Below the pieces are notes generated by a model, which was given only the letters and a program-made list of their open reading frames with translations, made no database searches and was not told where the DNA came from. Both the position numbers and the translations under genes were made by a program. This document shows positions 44,909 to 45,626 of a stretch of DNA of 45,626 nt, piece by piece (the first letter of the stretch is position 1; each line of letters opens with the position of its first letter). Origin of the DNA: Emiliania huxleyi CCMP1516 (taxonomy: Eukaryota). The stretch covers positions 2,717,791 through 2,763,416 of the forward strand of contig NW_005202428.1 in assembly GCF_000372725.1 (NCBI RefSeq). Direction: 5' to 3'.

Positions 44909-45262
44909 TCACTGCAGCACGCCCTCCTCGAGCGAGTAATGCGTCTGTAGGCCAATATAGAGCGCTTCTCGCGCGCGCTCCTCAGCTGGCGGTCCGCAGG
45001 GCCGCCCGGGCGAGAAGCGCAAGCCCGCCAGCCGCACCATGTGATTCACGATGATGAGCGTCTCGGCCTCGAGCAGCGTGTAGGAGCGAAGCTTGCCCTC
45101 GCACTCGCGTTGCTCGAGCCTGAAGCCACTGCGCCTTGACCACGAGATAGCCCGCGGGGATGGTGTCGGTGTGTTGACGACCGTGTCCTCGGCCAGCGTG
45201 TGCGCCTTCCCCTTGAGCACCGCCAGCCAGTAGAGCACCTCGAGCGACTGCTCGCGCCGATC
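44909..45262 (-). CDS. Possible terminal exon or gene fragment, unknown product
   Basis: About 115 codons with coding-like bias after a possible CAG acceptor; no upstream exon identified. Confidence 0.35.
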   Translation of the reverse strand, partial: DRREQSLEVLYWLAVLKGKAHTLAEDTVVNTPTPSPRAISWSRRSGFRLEQRECEGKLRSYTLLEAETLIIVNHMVRLAGLRFSPGRPCGPPAEERAREALYIGLQTHYSLEEGVLQ

Positions 45263-45626
45263 TCTGCGCGGCGACAGCGGCCTGGAAGGACACGTCTCCG
45301 GCCAAGTCGGTTACGGGGAGGGCTACTACGAGGTCTTTGCGCGGGGGTGGTCGGGCGCCAGGCGCCCAGTCGATTGCCGCATAGTTCGTCGTAGTAGCCC
45401 TATCATAAACTTCTTATTCACACCTTGCACTTTGAAAAAGAAATATCCGACCTTTGTCGAAGATCCGGAGGGTTTATCAGAGCATCACCCAAACTACATA
45501 CATACAAACGTACAGAGATCGCAGTATGCGAAAGGTACGCATGGTGTTGGTGCATGGAGGTCACCGAATGGAGGGCGAACGGCACGATGCGAAAAGGCAG
45601 GGCGAGGCGGATGGAGAAAGGAGTGC

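Overview
GC-rich, intron-rich eukaryotic DNA. GC-AG introns, 10-11 bp tandem repeats and the gene content suggest a haptophyte such as Emiliania/Gephyrocapsa; this is an inference, not a database result. Supported genes are an FKBP-type PPIase, a PAO/Tic55-like Rieske oxygenase, a serine esterase, xanthine dehydrogenase, a histidine phosphatase, a Uup-like ABC-F, a GNAT acetyltransferase, a JmjC protein, a membrane-anchored CS-domain protein, a DUF1800-DUF1501 fusion, an LRR protein and several hypothetical proteins. Intergenic DNA is full of small TIR elements and non-LTR retroelement fragments. The main signals are: (1) many introns begin with a decayed copy of the exon that follows them, in one case a near-perfect 36-bp duplication, suggesting intron gain by duplication, with one resulting GA-AG donor; (2) a T-tailed element inserted three times at the same 10-bp site of a 48-bp tandem repeat; (3) a captured fumarylacetoacetase fragment joined to a gag-like knuckle beside a (GT)n tract. 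All exon boundaries were inferred by eye.
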